64,000 nucleotides of DNA. Origin: an uncultured Bdellovibrionales bacterium (GTDB lineage Bacteria; Patescibacteriota; Minisyncoccia; Moranbacterales; UBA1568). The translations under genes were made by a program, and so were the position numbers. Below the pieces are notes generated by a model. That model worked only from the letters and a program-made list of their open reading frames with translations. It did not search any database and was not told the origin of the DNA. The stretch spans positions 6,137 through 70,136 of the forward strand of contig CAYWLN010000001.1 in the NCBI GenBank assembly GCA_964459475.1, written 5' to 3'. How positions within the stretch are numbered: position 1 is the first letter of the stretch; every line of letters begins with the position of its first letter. Below, piece after piece: positions 55,216 to 64,000 of the stretch.

Positions 55216-56907
55216 TCAACTGGTGACCGACCCAGGATGGGGCGGTTCAACTGGGAGCTTGATAATAAAGGTCGATCCCTTACTAGGGCCCTCGGACTCG
55301 ACCGAGAGGAGCCCACCGTGCGCCTCGACAAAGTTCTTACCGACATAGAGACCGAGCCCCGTGCCAGACACATCGAGTTTCATCGTCTCAGAACTCCGAG
55401 TGAACTTTTCAAACAGGCGCTTGCTGTCGTTCGGGTCTACCCCGATACCCGTATCCTGTACTCGTACCGCCACATACCGATCATCGCCTTCGACAGTCAC
55501 GGTCACTCCACCTTCTTTGGTATATTTGAGAGCGTTGTCGATCAAGTTCGAGATCACCTCACGCATCTTGGTAGCATCGATCATAAGCTTGGGGAGAGAT
55601 TTCTTGGGAAGCTTCATCTTGAGCGAGAGGCCCTTGCTCTTGGCCATGATGCTAAACATATCGACGAGATCCGCCACCATCGGCTCGAGCTGAGTCGCCA
55701 CCAGGTTGTACTGGACTCGGCCCGACTCGATACGCGAGATACTCAGGAGATCTTCGACGAGCTGTCCCATCCGATTGTTCACTACATAGACCTTGTTCAA
55801 GACATCCTGGAGTGTCGGCGTCACTTTGCCATAGGAACCCTCGAGGACGAGTGAGATGTACCCTCGGATAGCTGTGAGCGGAGTCCGGAGCTGGTGTGAC
55901 GCTATCGAGATAAACTCGCTCTTGGCCGCATCGAGACGCTTCAACTCCTGGTTGGCCTCAGCTAGCTCTTGAGATAACACTTGTAGTTCTTCTTTGCTCC
56001 GAACTTCTCGATCTACCATCTTAGCCAGTAATCCCATGCTTAAAAACATGGCGATAAAAATAAGACATCGCATAACCACTTGATACAAACTCTCCGCGAG
56101 AAAAATCTGAAGAAAAGTACCAAGCAAAATAATAAAAGAAAGGGTCTCCGTGGCCAATACTTTAGCGTTGAACAGTCGATACCTCAGAATCGCATAGCCA
56201 GGAAACAACACAATAAATATTGGACTAAATGTGCCAAGAAGTCCGTAAATATTGGCACTCGGACTCGTGGCGATGAGATCGACAAAAAAAACATTGGTGG
56301 CAAGAATGGTGATCACGCTGATGAAAATACCAATCAGCGAATACGCATAAGGCGCTTTGTCTCCACCCTTGGTCTTACGTAATCCCCAGAAAATAAATCC
56401 AATACCTACGAGAGAAACAACTGCCACAACAATGTCGTATAAAGTACCCAGAGGGCCGTATACCGGATTGATAATATTATTGCCATCAATTATTGCACCC
56501 GACAATATCCAAGGAGTCAGAAACACCAGCAAAAAAATAATACTCGGAATTATAAAAAACAGTGAGCGCGCATAGACATTCACCACCCATTTAAACCTGA
56601 CAATATCCAAACAGAAGAGCAGTATCGAAAAAGCCAAAAATGCTCCGCTCGAGAAGTCAACAAGTAGAAAAACATGTCGCCAATACTCAATATCGATGAC
56701 ATCTTCAAAAAAGCGCGAAACTGTCCAGAATAAAATAGAGAGAGTCAACGAAAAGAAACTTTGGTTGACATGTTTTTTTGGATCCTTGTATATAACAAAG
56801 GAACCAAGAAGCAACAACAAGAAAGCGATACAAGAAACAAAGACCGCACTACTCGTAAACGTCACATGTGAGAGATCAGGGATTACTGTAATTAGTATAC
56901 AATACAT
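55216..56907 (-). CDS. Sensor histidine kinase (polytopic membrane sensor, HisKA, HATPase_c)
   Basis: H-box 'ISIASHQLRTPLTAI', N-box 'DNALKYT', and G-boxes 'DTGIGV' and 'GTGLGL'. About 10 N-terminal TM helices. Confidence 0.8.
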   Translation of the reverse strand: MYCILITVIPDLSHVTFTSSAVFVSCIAFLLLLLGSFVIYKDPKKHVNQSFFSLTLSILFWTVSRFFEDVIDIEYWRHVFLLVDFSSGAFLAFSILLFCLDIVRFKWVVNVYARSLFFIIPSIIFLLVFLTPWILSGAIIDGNNIINPVYGPLGTLYDIVVAVVSLVGIGFIFWGLRKTKGGDKAPYAYSLIGIFISVITILATNVFFVDLIATSPSANIYGLLGTFSPIFIVLFPGYAILRYRLFNAKVLATETLSFIILLGTFLQIFLAESLYQVVMRCLIFIAMFLSMGLLAKMVDREVRSKEELQVLSQELAEANQELKRLDAAKSEFISIASHQLRTPLTAIRGYISLVLEGSYGKVTPTLQDVLNKVYVVNNRMGQLVEDLLSISRIESGRVQYNLVATQLEPMVADLVDMFSIMAKSKGLSLKMKLPKKSLPKLMIDATKMREVISNLIDNALKYTKEGGVTVTVEGDDRYVAVRVQDTGIGVDPNDSKRLFEKFTRSSETMKLDVSGTGLGLYVGKNFVEAHGGLLSVESEGPSKGSTFIIKLPVEPPHPGSVTS

Positions 56908-56959
56908 CCCACTAAGAGAATAGGGATTTGCTTGACGAATCGCTCAAAGTCGCTTACCC

Positions 56960-57643
56960 TTGTGTACACAGTTCCTATTGGCTGGAGGCCATCTCATGTC
57001 TATTGAAATTTCAAGCGTTCAGTCCCTCCTGTCTCGGGGAGTTGATCGCGCGTGGCTCATCGAGAGCTTTGTCCGGATCAATGCGGAGGCCTGGCCACCG
57101 CCTGTCCCGGAAGATTACCTTTGGACCCCACGCAAGATGGAGTCCCAATTTGCCACATGCCCGCATCTCCTGTTCTGTGCTCGAAATGCAAGTGGCAAAG
57201 TCCTCGGGACACTGTGTATCATCCATACGACGACTGCTCGCGCTCTCTCTACCACGAGCTGGCTCGAAACAAGTGCGTACGGCATGCTCACGACTCATGA
57301 TGACGCTGGCGACTGTGCTTTTGGCCTTGATCTTTCAGTCCCCAAGGGAGCCAAAGCAGGCGACCAGCTCATCGAAGCCGGCATCTTGCACGCTGTCATC
57401 GAGCCGAACAAGAAGGGTGTCTACCTCGGTGCCAGAATGCCTCGGTACCACAAGTTCGCCCATCGCATGACTCCCGAGGACTTCATCGGGCTGAACGGCG
57501 GGAAAAATCAAGATCCGGAAATCCGACTCTACCTGAGTGCTGGATTCAAGATCATTCGAGTCATCCCAGGCTACATGCAGGACCCGGACAGCTGTGACAA
57601 CGGGGTACTCATGTTCTGGGAGAACCCCGACTACCAGTCCTGA
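56960..57643 (+). CDS. Hypothetical protein (possible GNAT-fold acyltransferase; probable start MSIEISS at 56996)
   Basis: GC-rich plus-strand ORF followed by a strong terminator. The fold assignment is weak. Confidence 0.35.
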   Translation: MCTQFLLAGGHLMSIEISSVQSLLSRGVDRAWLIESFVRINAEAWPPPVPEDYLWTPRKMESQFATCPHLLFCARNASGKVLGTLCIIHTTTARALSTTSWLETSAYGMLTTHDDAGDCAFGLDLSVPKGAKAGDQLIEAGILHAVIEPNKKGVYLGARMPRYHKFAHRMTPEDFIGLNGGKNQDPEIRLYLSAGFKIIRVIPGYMQDPDSCDNGVLMFWENPDYQS

Positions 57644-57665
57644 TACGCACAGGGCCAATGAAAAT

Positions 57666-57703
57666 GCGGGAGAGTGACGCCGTCACTGCTCCCGCTTTTT
57701 TTT
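57666..57703 (+). terminator. Rho-independent terminator GCGGGAGAGTGACGCCGTCACTGCTCCCGC followed by T8
   Basis: Read directly. Long GC stem followed by TTTTTTTT. Confidence 0.65.
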
Positions 57704-57728
57704 GCTAACTTCCAACGTTCACTCCAGC

Positions 57729-58223
57729 TCACCCCAGCTTCAAAGTGACGAAGAGGAGGATCGTAATCAGCGTTTCGAGTGATATTTCCGTCCAGGCAGA
57801 AACCCGAAAATACCGATGGAGTTTGTCTCTCCCAGCAATCAAGAGGTAACCAGGTGACAAGTATGAGACTCCTCGGTTGATAACAAATCCTACCCAGCCG
57901 ACGATACCAACCAACTCTATGGTGGTGACGTCAAAACGGCTCACGATAGCATATGCAGCCTGAAATTCAAGACGCGCCAGGTGTTGCGTTACGTTGATGC
58001 CCATGGCCGCAAGAATCATGAGCGCTCCCAGCGTATAGAACACCTCGGTGACGAGGGCCAAGGTCAGGTAAACCTTGAGCGACACTCCCATCTCATCACG
58101 CATATTTCGCCCCTTCGCTACAGCAGCCAGCGTGATACCGATACCCGTCAACCATGCCACCACGGTCACGACATTCACCAACACACTCATCCATTCATTC
58201 ACGAAAGTCCCCTTGTTAAACAA
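57729..58223 (-). CDS. Integral membrane protein of unknown function (4-5 TM)
   Basis: Hydrophobic segments; no motif recognised. Confidence 0.4.
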   Translation of the reverse strand: MFNKGTFVNEWMSVLVNVVTVVAWLTGIGITLAAVAKGRNMRDEMGVSLKVYLTLALVTEVFYTLGALMILAAMGINVTQHLARLEFQAAYAIVSRFDVTTIELVGIVGWVGFVINRGVSYLSPGYLLIAGRDKLHRYFRVSAWTEISLETLITILLFVTLKLG

Positions 58224-58282
58224 CTGCGTGCGATAGGGCTATACCCTATAACAAATAAGGATAGACAAAAGGACCCTCGCTG

Positions 58283-58747
58283 TCAATAAAAGCTATTTAT
58301 CGACTGACCCGGATATTTCTTTCCTCGCTCAAGAAAATTCACCTCAGTGTCTTTAAGTTCAAACTGCTTCACAAAATAGTCGATTGCCACATTTATGTCC
58401 ATGTTGTTTTGGCAGGTGTAGACATCGATGCTGACAAAACCACGGGCGGGAAAGGTGTGAATACTAATATGACTCTCTTCGATAACAACAAAGCCACTCC
58501 AGCCTCCTGGGTCTTTCTTGTCATTGCCGGCAGCAAAATAGACTTCGGGTCCGGCCAGGATATGCATATCGAGCATGTCCGGCAAATCCTTGAGACAATG
58601 GAGGACGAGTTCCTTGTTGTTCAGCTTTTCAAAATTCCCTCCGTAGCCATCGAGGGTCAGGTGTTCTCCGAAATGCGACATAGATACCAAAAAATGGCGA
58701 ATTAATTTCGTCTTTGCACCAAAATTGTACCACAAAATCGCCACCAA
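58283..58747 (-). CDS. speH: S-adenosylmethionine decarboxylase proenzyme (class 1b, SpeH/SpeD type; start probably MSHFGEHL)
   Basis: 'VVIEESHISIHTFPARG' matches the self-processing site E-S-H (pyruvoyl precursor Ser) of AdoMetDC. Confidence 0.75.
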   Translation of the reverse strand: MVAILWYNFGAKTKLIRHFLVSMSHFGEHLTLDGYGGNFEKLNNKELVLHCLKDLPDMLDMHILAGPEVYFAAGNDKKDPGGWSGFVVIEESHISIHTFPARGFVSIDVYTCQNNMDINVAIDYFVKQFELKDTEVNFLERGKKYPGQSINSFY

Positions 58748-58807
58748 ACCAAGAAAAAAGGCGTTTCATGTGATTACCACAGAAACGCCAGGGAGGCGGT
58801 ACTTCGA

Positions 58808-61126
58808 TTACGACTTCGAGTAGCGCTGATAGACGGCGCAGACCTCGCCGGGACTCGGGTCACCAGTCGACGGAACGGGTGCTCCGCCATCTACCCGTAA
58901 GCAGGCCCTGAAGTTGTGCCACTGCTTCTTCCATGCGGAGTTAGTCGGGATTCGCCAGCAGCCGTCGCAGTCCATCTGATCCTCATCCGTGCTGCCAGGT
59001 GGCAACTCACGTGGTTCGATGGTGCCGTAGCCGATTACCTGATAGAGGCCACCCGTAGCGACAGGACTACTCACCTGATACACCACGCTGACATTTGCTC
59101 CGGGGGCAGCGGTGCCGTCATTCCGAATCCAGATGCGAGGCTTGGGGGCCGCGCCAGTATTCGTCGTACAGCAACCGACCTTGTCCTCGAAGCGTGTGAT
59201 GACCAGCACAGGAGCCGGTCTTGGCGCTAGTGTCACCGTCAAACTCGTCGTGTTGTTCGTCTCGTCGGTCTCGGCTTGGGCGCCGAGGTAGTCGGCAGTG
59301 AACGTGAGTGTACAGGTACCCACCACATTCGGCATGAGGACGGGTGTCTGGATTTCTTCCCAGGCACTGGCGCCCGCGGTCATGGTGCTGGCCATCGTGC
59401 CATCGTCAGTGAGCACTGACGTCGGTCCCCCGTTGCAGGAGACTGTGTACGAGCTACGGATGTCGGTCGTGGCATTGACCGTACCCGAGTTCGTGATCCA
59501 GGCACCGAGGCGGATATAGTCACCAGCATAGACGGGTACTTGGAGCACCGTGAAGCCAGAAACCGCGAAGTCGACGTTCGGAACGTTCTCCACTTGGTTC
59601 GCCGTCACCTCGAACACCGCTTCAGTCGAGCAGTTATTGCTCTCGTGCTTCTCGCGATGATCACCGCCGTTGTTGTGATCGTCTTGGGGATGGTCGATGC
59701 AGTAGACGATGTTGTAGATGCCTGGCGTGGTAATCCAGTCACTGATCCTGGTGTTCTTGGTCTCCGTGTTGGTATCACCAGGCAACAGATTGTCACACTG
59801 AGTCGTCGTCGAATCGATGCGACGCCACGCATCACCGCCACTGTGAGCATCCTCCTTGTACCCCTTGGAGAGGTAGAAGTGACCGGTAATGGTTGAGATT
59901 TCACCACTCTGACACGGACCGTCACCAATGTTGGCCGACTGGGCCTTGGTGTCAAAGTTCTCGCCAAGACCAAACTTGTAGACCTCCGTCCCCCAGGGGG
60001 TTTGGAGCCATACGCGCTTGGTGACGAAGTCAGGCGGAACAACAACGGCAACGTCAGCAATTTCCGTAGCATACCCCTGGCCGGCGCCATGAATAGCCAA
60101 AGTAGCATTCCCCGCCACCACATTGCCGGTTAAGACATTGATGGTATTGATAGTGCCAAAGTCACGGATATCAGCGGCACTAACCGTTTCTCCGAAGAAG
60201 TTCCGGATTGCCCGCCACCAGCGACGCCACAAAGAATCTTCTGGGACTCTCTCTTCAGGGTTAGGAGCACTTGTCAAGTTATCGATGGCTACCTGCAATT
60301 CATGGCACACCTCAGATCCCGCCGGCTGAGCAAACAAGTTACTGTCCATACGATACCACGAATTGGCATTTACGCATGAACTTGTTACTGGCTCCCAACA
60401 GATGTTTCCTTGGCAATGAGTTTGCTTCTGATTTGAAGGATTATATGCAAACTTGGTTTGGATGAAATTGATGGGATCGATGAAGGTGTTAGTGTTGGGC
60501 CATTGTGACACATTCATCATGCCCCACCCCTTAACACCCACGATTGTTGAAGGTGGGATATTGCCGAGATAAATGCCGAAATGGAGATGTGTCCCACAGC
60601 ACCATTCCCCTACTTTTCCGATTGGCTTTCCAGCATACACGTCACCGCTTGGAGATGTGCTGTCCTTTTTCAGGTGTCCGTACAAACCAGTGAACTTTTG
60701 GCCATCCGAAGTCTGGTGTTCCACAAAGATTGCACAGTTACCTGGACCCCACGAATCATCATCACAGTGTCGCTTATAGATTTGTCCATCTGCAATGGCA
60801 TAAGCATTGCTGTTCATCGGCGCGAGCATGTCAACACCAATATGGTACCGCCCAGAAAAATAGTCTGGGTCTTTGCTCAACCACCAGCCACTCCCTGAAG
60901 AAAAAACAGACGTACCGAGGGGATAGAAGAAACCCGTTGGAGCCTGATCCAGAGCAGAGGTCCCGCTCCCCACCTTCACAGCTGCTAATTTCATCCGGTG
61001 GCCATCAAAGGACGTAGCAGACGAAGACTGGGCAGAAGAACTTGGGGTCTCGCGAGAATCACTGCCTCCGCAACTAATTACTGCCAGGACCAAAAGCAAA
61101 GTGATTGCAAACCTGATCGTATTCAT
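58808..61126 (-). CDS. Large secreted lipoprotein: N-terminal M23 (LytM-type) metallopeptidase domain plus a long Thr/Gly/Asn-rich beta-rich C-terminal region (adhesin/Ig-like)
   Basis: Lipobox 'VISCGG'. M23 motifs 'YHIGVDM' (HxxxD) and 'GTHLHFG' (HxH). 772 aa, GC-rich. Confidence 0.6.
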   Translation of the reverse strand: MNTIRFAITLLLVLAVISCGGSDSRETPSSSAQSSSATSFDGHRMKLAAVKVGSGTSALDQAPTGFFYPLGTSVFSSGSGWWLSKDPDYFSGRYHIGVDMLAPMNSNAYAIADGQIYKRHCDDDSWGPGNCAIFVEHQTSDGQKFTGLYGHLKKDSTSPSGDVYAGKPIGKVGEWCCGTHLHFGIYLGNIPPSTIVGVKGWGMMNVSQWPNTNTFIDPINFIQTKFAYNPSNQKQTHCQGNICWEPVTSSCVNANSWYRMDSNLFAQPAGSEVCHELQVAIDNLTSAPNPEERVPEDSLWRRWWRAIRNFFGETVSAADIRDFGTINTINVLTGNVVAGNATLAIHGAGQGYATEIADVAVVVPPDFVTKRVWLQTPWGTEVYKFGLGENFDTKAQSANIGDGPCQSGEISTITGHFYLSKGYKEDAHSGGDAWRRIDSTTTQCDNLLPGDTNTETKNTRISDWITTPGIYNIVYCIDHPQDDHNNGGDHREKHESNNCSTEAVFEVTANQVENVPNVDFAVSGFTVLQVPVYAGDYIRLGAWITNSGTVNATTDIRSSYTVSCNGGPTSVLTDDGTMASTMTAGASAWEEIQTPVLMPNVVGTCTLTFTADYLGAQAETDETNNTTSLTVTLAPRPAPVLVITRFEDKVGCCTTNTGAAPKPRIWIRNDGTAAPGANVSVVYQVSSPVATGGLYQVIGYGTIEPRELPPGSTDEDQMDCDGCWRIPTNSAWKKQWHNFRACLRVDGGAPVPSTGDPSPGEVCAVYQRYSKS

Positions 61127-61277
61127 GGTTCATACTCCGTATTGTGAAAGGACGGAAGAAATGAAATCTGAACTTCAGATTTCACAGGTGTAGAATTTAG
61201 AATACCACTCTACAAGATTCACAGATATTCATAAATGTTAATGAATATCTGTGAATAGCTGTAAGGCATTATCACTT

Positions 61278-61976
61278 TCATTCAAACTTAAAAGATTCGA
61301 GAATTCCACTTTTTATTTTATCATCAGTTTTCTTACTGACCTCTGGAAAGCTCATTCTATAAAAACCTCCACTTCCTTCAAACATTATTGCTTCATAACC
61401 GATTTCACCCGGCATTGATAGTATATAGGCCTTTTGTCCTGCAACCATTCTTTCTCCCACCTTTGTAATACCTGTGTGTTCACTATCATTGAGAAAGTCA
61501 CTAATGCCGCTATATCTAATCTCATTTTTCCAGCTTCCCATCTTCAAATCTGGATTATTAATATCCTTCCAAAAGTAAATAGAGACTACTGGATAATACT
61601 GTGGAATCAACTTGCCGTTTAAATCTTTTGTTGTCTCATCAAAATCAAGTAATGATACTAGAAAACCATTATCGCGTGCTTTATTATCGAGAGTATATTT
61701 TTCAGGGTATTTAACGGAAAATGTTAACTGCTCATTTCGATACGTCTTCCAATTCGATGTATCAATGGTATCTACCTTTACGATAGATTCTACTTGATTT
61801 TGAGGTGTATTCTGACCATTATTCTTCTGCCAGACAAAAACTGCTCCTCCAATAAGAAGCAAGGCTAGCACCGCTAAAATAGAGAGTTTTTTCTGCATAG
61901 ATATGAGATTGCTGATTGCCCTGACTGTACAATGAAATATACGCTCTGTCAAGCAAAAAAGGTAATGTGTACACAC
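61278..61976 (-). CDS. Secreted hypothetical protein, paralog A (start MQKKLSILAV at about 61898), AT-rich
   Basis: Signal peptide 'MQKKLSILAVLALLLIGGAVFVWQKNN', nearly identical to the N-terminus of paralog B at 62920..63531. The upstream region is also duplicated. Confidence 0.45.
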   Translation of the reverse strand: MCTHYLFCLTERIFHCTVRAISNLISMQKKLSILAVLALLLIGGAVFVWQKNNGQNTPQNQVESIVKVDTIDTSNWKTYRNEQLTFSVKYPEKYTLDNKARDNGFLVSLLDFDETTKDLNGKLIPQYYPVVSIYFWKDINNPDLKMGSWKNEIRYSGISDFLNDSEHTGITKVGERMVAGQKAYILSMPGEIGYEAIMFEGSGGFYRMSFPEVSKKTDDKIKSGILESFKFE

Positions 61977-62864
61977 ATATGGCGGTTTTGCTAGGCTAGC
62001 GGATTACCCGCTTTCTTGGCACAACTATGAGTATCCATATGGTAACAACGATACAGGAAGAGCGGTTACGATGGGTCATACCCATCGTAACGAAGGAAGT
62101 GAACCTTTGTGAGGTAGCCAAGGTCTGTCCCCATGGGAAGAGAAGTCTCGAACGCTGGGTAGCGGCCTATCGAAAGGGTGGGAGTGAGGCACTCATTCCA
62201 CGCTCTACCCGTCCCAAAACAGAACCAGGTGAAACACCCATCCACATGAAAGAACGAGTCATTTCCTTGAGAAAGAAAACGGGGCTCTGTGCCAAGAAAC
62301 TAGCCTGGCGACTCAAGAAAGAAGGAATCAGTATCCACGAGCGTACCATTGGAAAAATCATCAAGGCAGAAGGGTTAGTCCGGAAGTATCGAGTGAAGAA
62401 GGTCAGGGTGAAGTACGTAAAAGTACCCCTCCTCCCAGGTGAGCTCATTGAGATTGATGTGAAGTATGTACCAGGAACCATTGAAGATAAGCCATACTTT
62501 CAGTATACGGCTATCGACTGTGCCTCACGGTGGAGGTATCTAGAGGCCTACGACGAACAAACGAAGTGACATGACCGTGAAAACAATTCATGCTTTCGAC
62601 ATCTTTTGTCAGAGCCAAGGTATTATCCACTATCTCATCAATCCTGGGAAACCAGCTCAGAATGGGAAGGTAGAGCGGTCACATCGAGAGGATCAAGAGA
62701 AGTTCTACGAACAAAATACCTTTACCTCATTCGTAGATTTGCAAAGAAAGATGAAACGATGGAATATGTATTTCAATGATTTGGAGCACTGTGGCTTGAA
62801 TGGAAAAACGCCGAATGAATATTTGAAAGAATACCGATTAACTAATCCGCCAAATGTGTGTACC
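61966..62864 (+). mobile_element. Small IS element (about 0.9 kb) with imperfect terminal inverted repeats TGTGTACACACATATGG / CCAAATGTGTGTACC
   Basis: IRs read directly (13/15 match). Encodes an HTH plus rve (DDE) transposase split by a frameshift. Inserted between two paralogous genes. Confidence 0.55.
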
Positions 62865-62867
62865 TAA
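62027..62867 (+). pseudogene. DDE transposase (IS481/IS3-like HTH plus integrase-core rve) disrupted by a frameshift near 62567-62571
   Basis: ORF1 (62027..62569) has an HTH and the start of the rve domain ('YFQYTAIDCASRWRYLEAY'). ORF2 (62571..62867), in another frame, has the rest ('NGKVERSHRE'). The combined length is about 278 aa, shorter than typical transposases. Confidence 0.5.
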
Positions 62868-62919
62868 AACAAAAATCCCTTTCGGAGAAGAAAAGGCCGC
62901 TAGGAAGAAGCTCCGACTA

Positions 62920-63531
62920 TTATTCAGCGACACGAAACGTCATTAGGATATTCCGTTGCACTTCACTAAGAGCAGCTGTATTTTCGGCGGTGCCAAACTT
63001 AAGAACATAAATGCTACCACTATTCTCAATAAAAACACTATACTCCGCCCTATTACCACCAACAACGGCCTCATATACCCTGTTCCCATTGATCAAGAAC
63101 TGGCCAACATTAAAGTAGTTAAATGGATCCTCTAGAAGATACTTTTCGATATCTTCGTAGTTTCGCACTGTATTGGAGCATATACCTACACAGTCATAGT
63201 CTTTTAAACTAGAATAAAAACGCACTGTTAGATCCACAGGATATCCTAAATTTTTTTCATCTTTCTGAATGCGAATTGTCTTCGGACTCATCAAAAAAAG
63301 ACCAGACTCATCGAGGTATTCTTCCACAACCCAATCTACTGGGTATCTGAAAGAAAAATTATGGACGTTACTCCTGAATATTTTCCAGTCAGATGTATCC
63401 ATATTCCTAATAATGGTATTGTTCACCTCGTTCTGATTCGCTTCCTGGCTATTTTTCTTCTGCCAAACTAAAACTACTCCTCCAATAAGGAGCAAGGAAA
63501 GCACCGCTATAATTAAATGTTTTTTCTGCAT
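62920..63531 (-). CDS. Secreted hypothetical protein, paralog B, AT-rich
   Basis: 'MQKKHLIIAVLSLLLIGGVVLVWQKKN' signal peptide paralogous to 61278..61976. Upstream 'TTGATTGCCCTGACT' is also shared. Confidence 0.45.
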   Translation of the reverse strand: MQKKHLIIAVLSLLLIGGVVLVWQKKNSQEANQNEVNNTIIRNMDTSDWKIFRSNVHNFSFRYPVDWVVEEYLDESGLFLMSPKTIRIQKDEKNLGYPVDLTVRFYSSLKDYDCVGICSNTVRNYEDIEKYLLEDPFNYFNVGQFLINGNRVYEAVVGGNRAEYSVFIENSGSIYVLKFGTAENTAALSEVQRNILMTFRVAE

Positions 63532-63635
63532 AAGTATGTAAAAAGTTGATTGCCCTGACTATATGCTGAACGCTCGCGACTGTCAAACCAAAAAAGGGCC
63601 CGGAGGCCCTCTTTACGGCGTCAATTGGTAATTGA

Positions 63636-64000
63636 CTAGAACAAGCGGAAGAACCAACCGAAGGCACTCAAGCGATCACGCTGACCACTAACGAATGTTT
63701 CGAGCTTGGCTGTCTCAGCCTTGAGCGTCTCGATTTGTTCCAAAACGATAGCTTTGACATCTGAGTCTGAGATTGCCTCGGCTGCTTTCTCAAGTGCTGC
63801 AGTCCGGGCCTTGCTCGCAGCTATCTCCTGCTCGAGGCTAGCGAGATCACTCTCACTTGTCCCAAAGAGCGCCTGGACAACTGGATTGTGCTTGTCAATA
63901 GACTTGACCGTCTCACCGACCACCTTGGCGCCACTTTCATGATCTTCGGCGATACCTCGGATAGCGCGACCAATATCGTCATCCTCGATTTCAGCTACAT
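63636..64000 (-). CDS. Hypothetical coiled-coil protein, 5'-partial (continues beyond the window end)
   Basis: Open frame on the minus strand to position 64000. Ala/Glu-rich coiled coil with a hydrophobic C-terminus 'GWFFRLF'. Confidence 0.3.
   Translation of the reverse strand, partial: VAEIEDDDIGRAIRGIAEDHESGAKVVGETVKSIDKHNPVVQALFGTSESDLASLEQEIAASKARTAALEKAAEAISDSDVKAIVLEQIETLKAETAKLETFVSGQRDRLSAFGWFFRLF

Noticed and set aside
1-64000. CRISPR arrays, rRNA genes, RNase P/tmRNA/SRP RNA
   Set aside because: I found no regularly spaced direct repeats with unique spacers and no long rRNA-like conserved stretches on reading both strands. Only three tRNAs and one tRNA fragment were found.

Overview
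The window looks like a compact bacterial chromosome segment, most genes on the minus strand, with several compositionally distinct inserts. The core gene content is peptidoglycan and division genes (ddl, murB, murC, murG, ftsW, mreBCD, PBP2), secA, hpf, trmD, frr, rseP, greA and tRNA synthetases (serS, lysS, asnS/aspS). A DUF4012 protein and a surface-polysaccharide locus suggest a small-genome, possibly Patescibacteria/CPR-like organism; that placement is low confidence.

The main points:
- Positions 1..~5050 are AT-rich and carry an integrative element. It encodes a K-rich cargo protein, two small proteins, an HTH/zinc-ribbon excisionase-like protein, a tyrosine integrase and a large serine recombinase. 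It abuts a tRNA-Ala(CGC) gene, and the recombinase ORF reads antisense through that tRNA.
- A surface-polysaccharide locus runs from about 20.4 to 36.9 kb (DUF4012, two Wzz-like paralogs, two GT4 glycosyltransferases, a beta-helix protein, an epimerase, a methyltransferase and a Wzy/O-antigen-ligase-like protein). A GC-rich three-gene block of secreted proteins or lipoproteins, including a LysM protein, sits inside it at about 32.3 to 36.1 kb.
- A tRNA-Lys(UUU) gene is preceded by a degenerate copy of its own 5' end, and a tRNA-Val(CAC) gene sits upstream of lysS.
- A second GC-rich block (about 57.0 to 61.1 kb) carries a giant M23-peptidase lipoprotein and speH.
- An AT-rich pair of paralogous secreted-protein genes is split by an ~0.9 kb IS element with a frameshifted DDE transposase (61.3 to 63.5 kb).
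- Candidate regulatory structures include three phased TTACGTAA palindromes upstream of ddl, several rho-independent terminators, and multi-hairpin intergenic regions.

I saw no CRISPR array and no rRNA.
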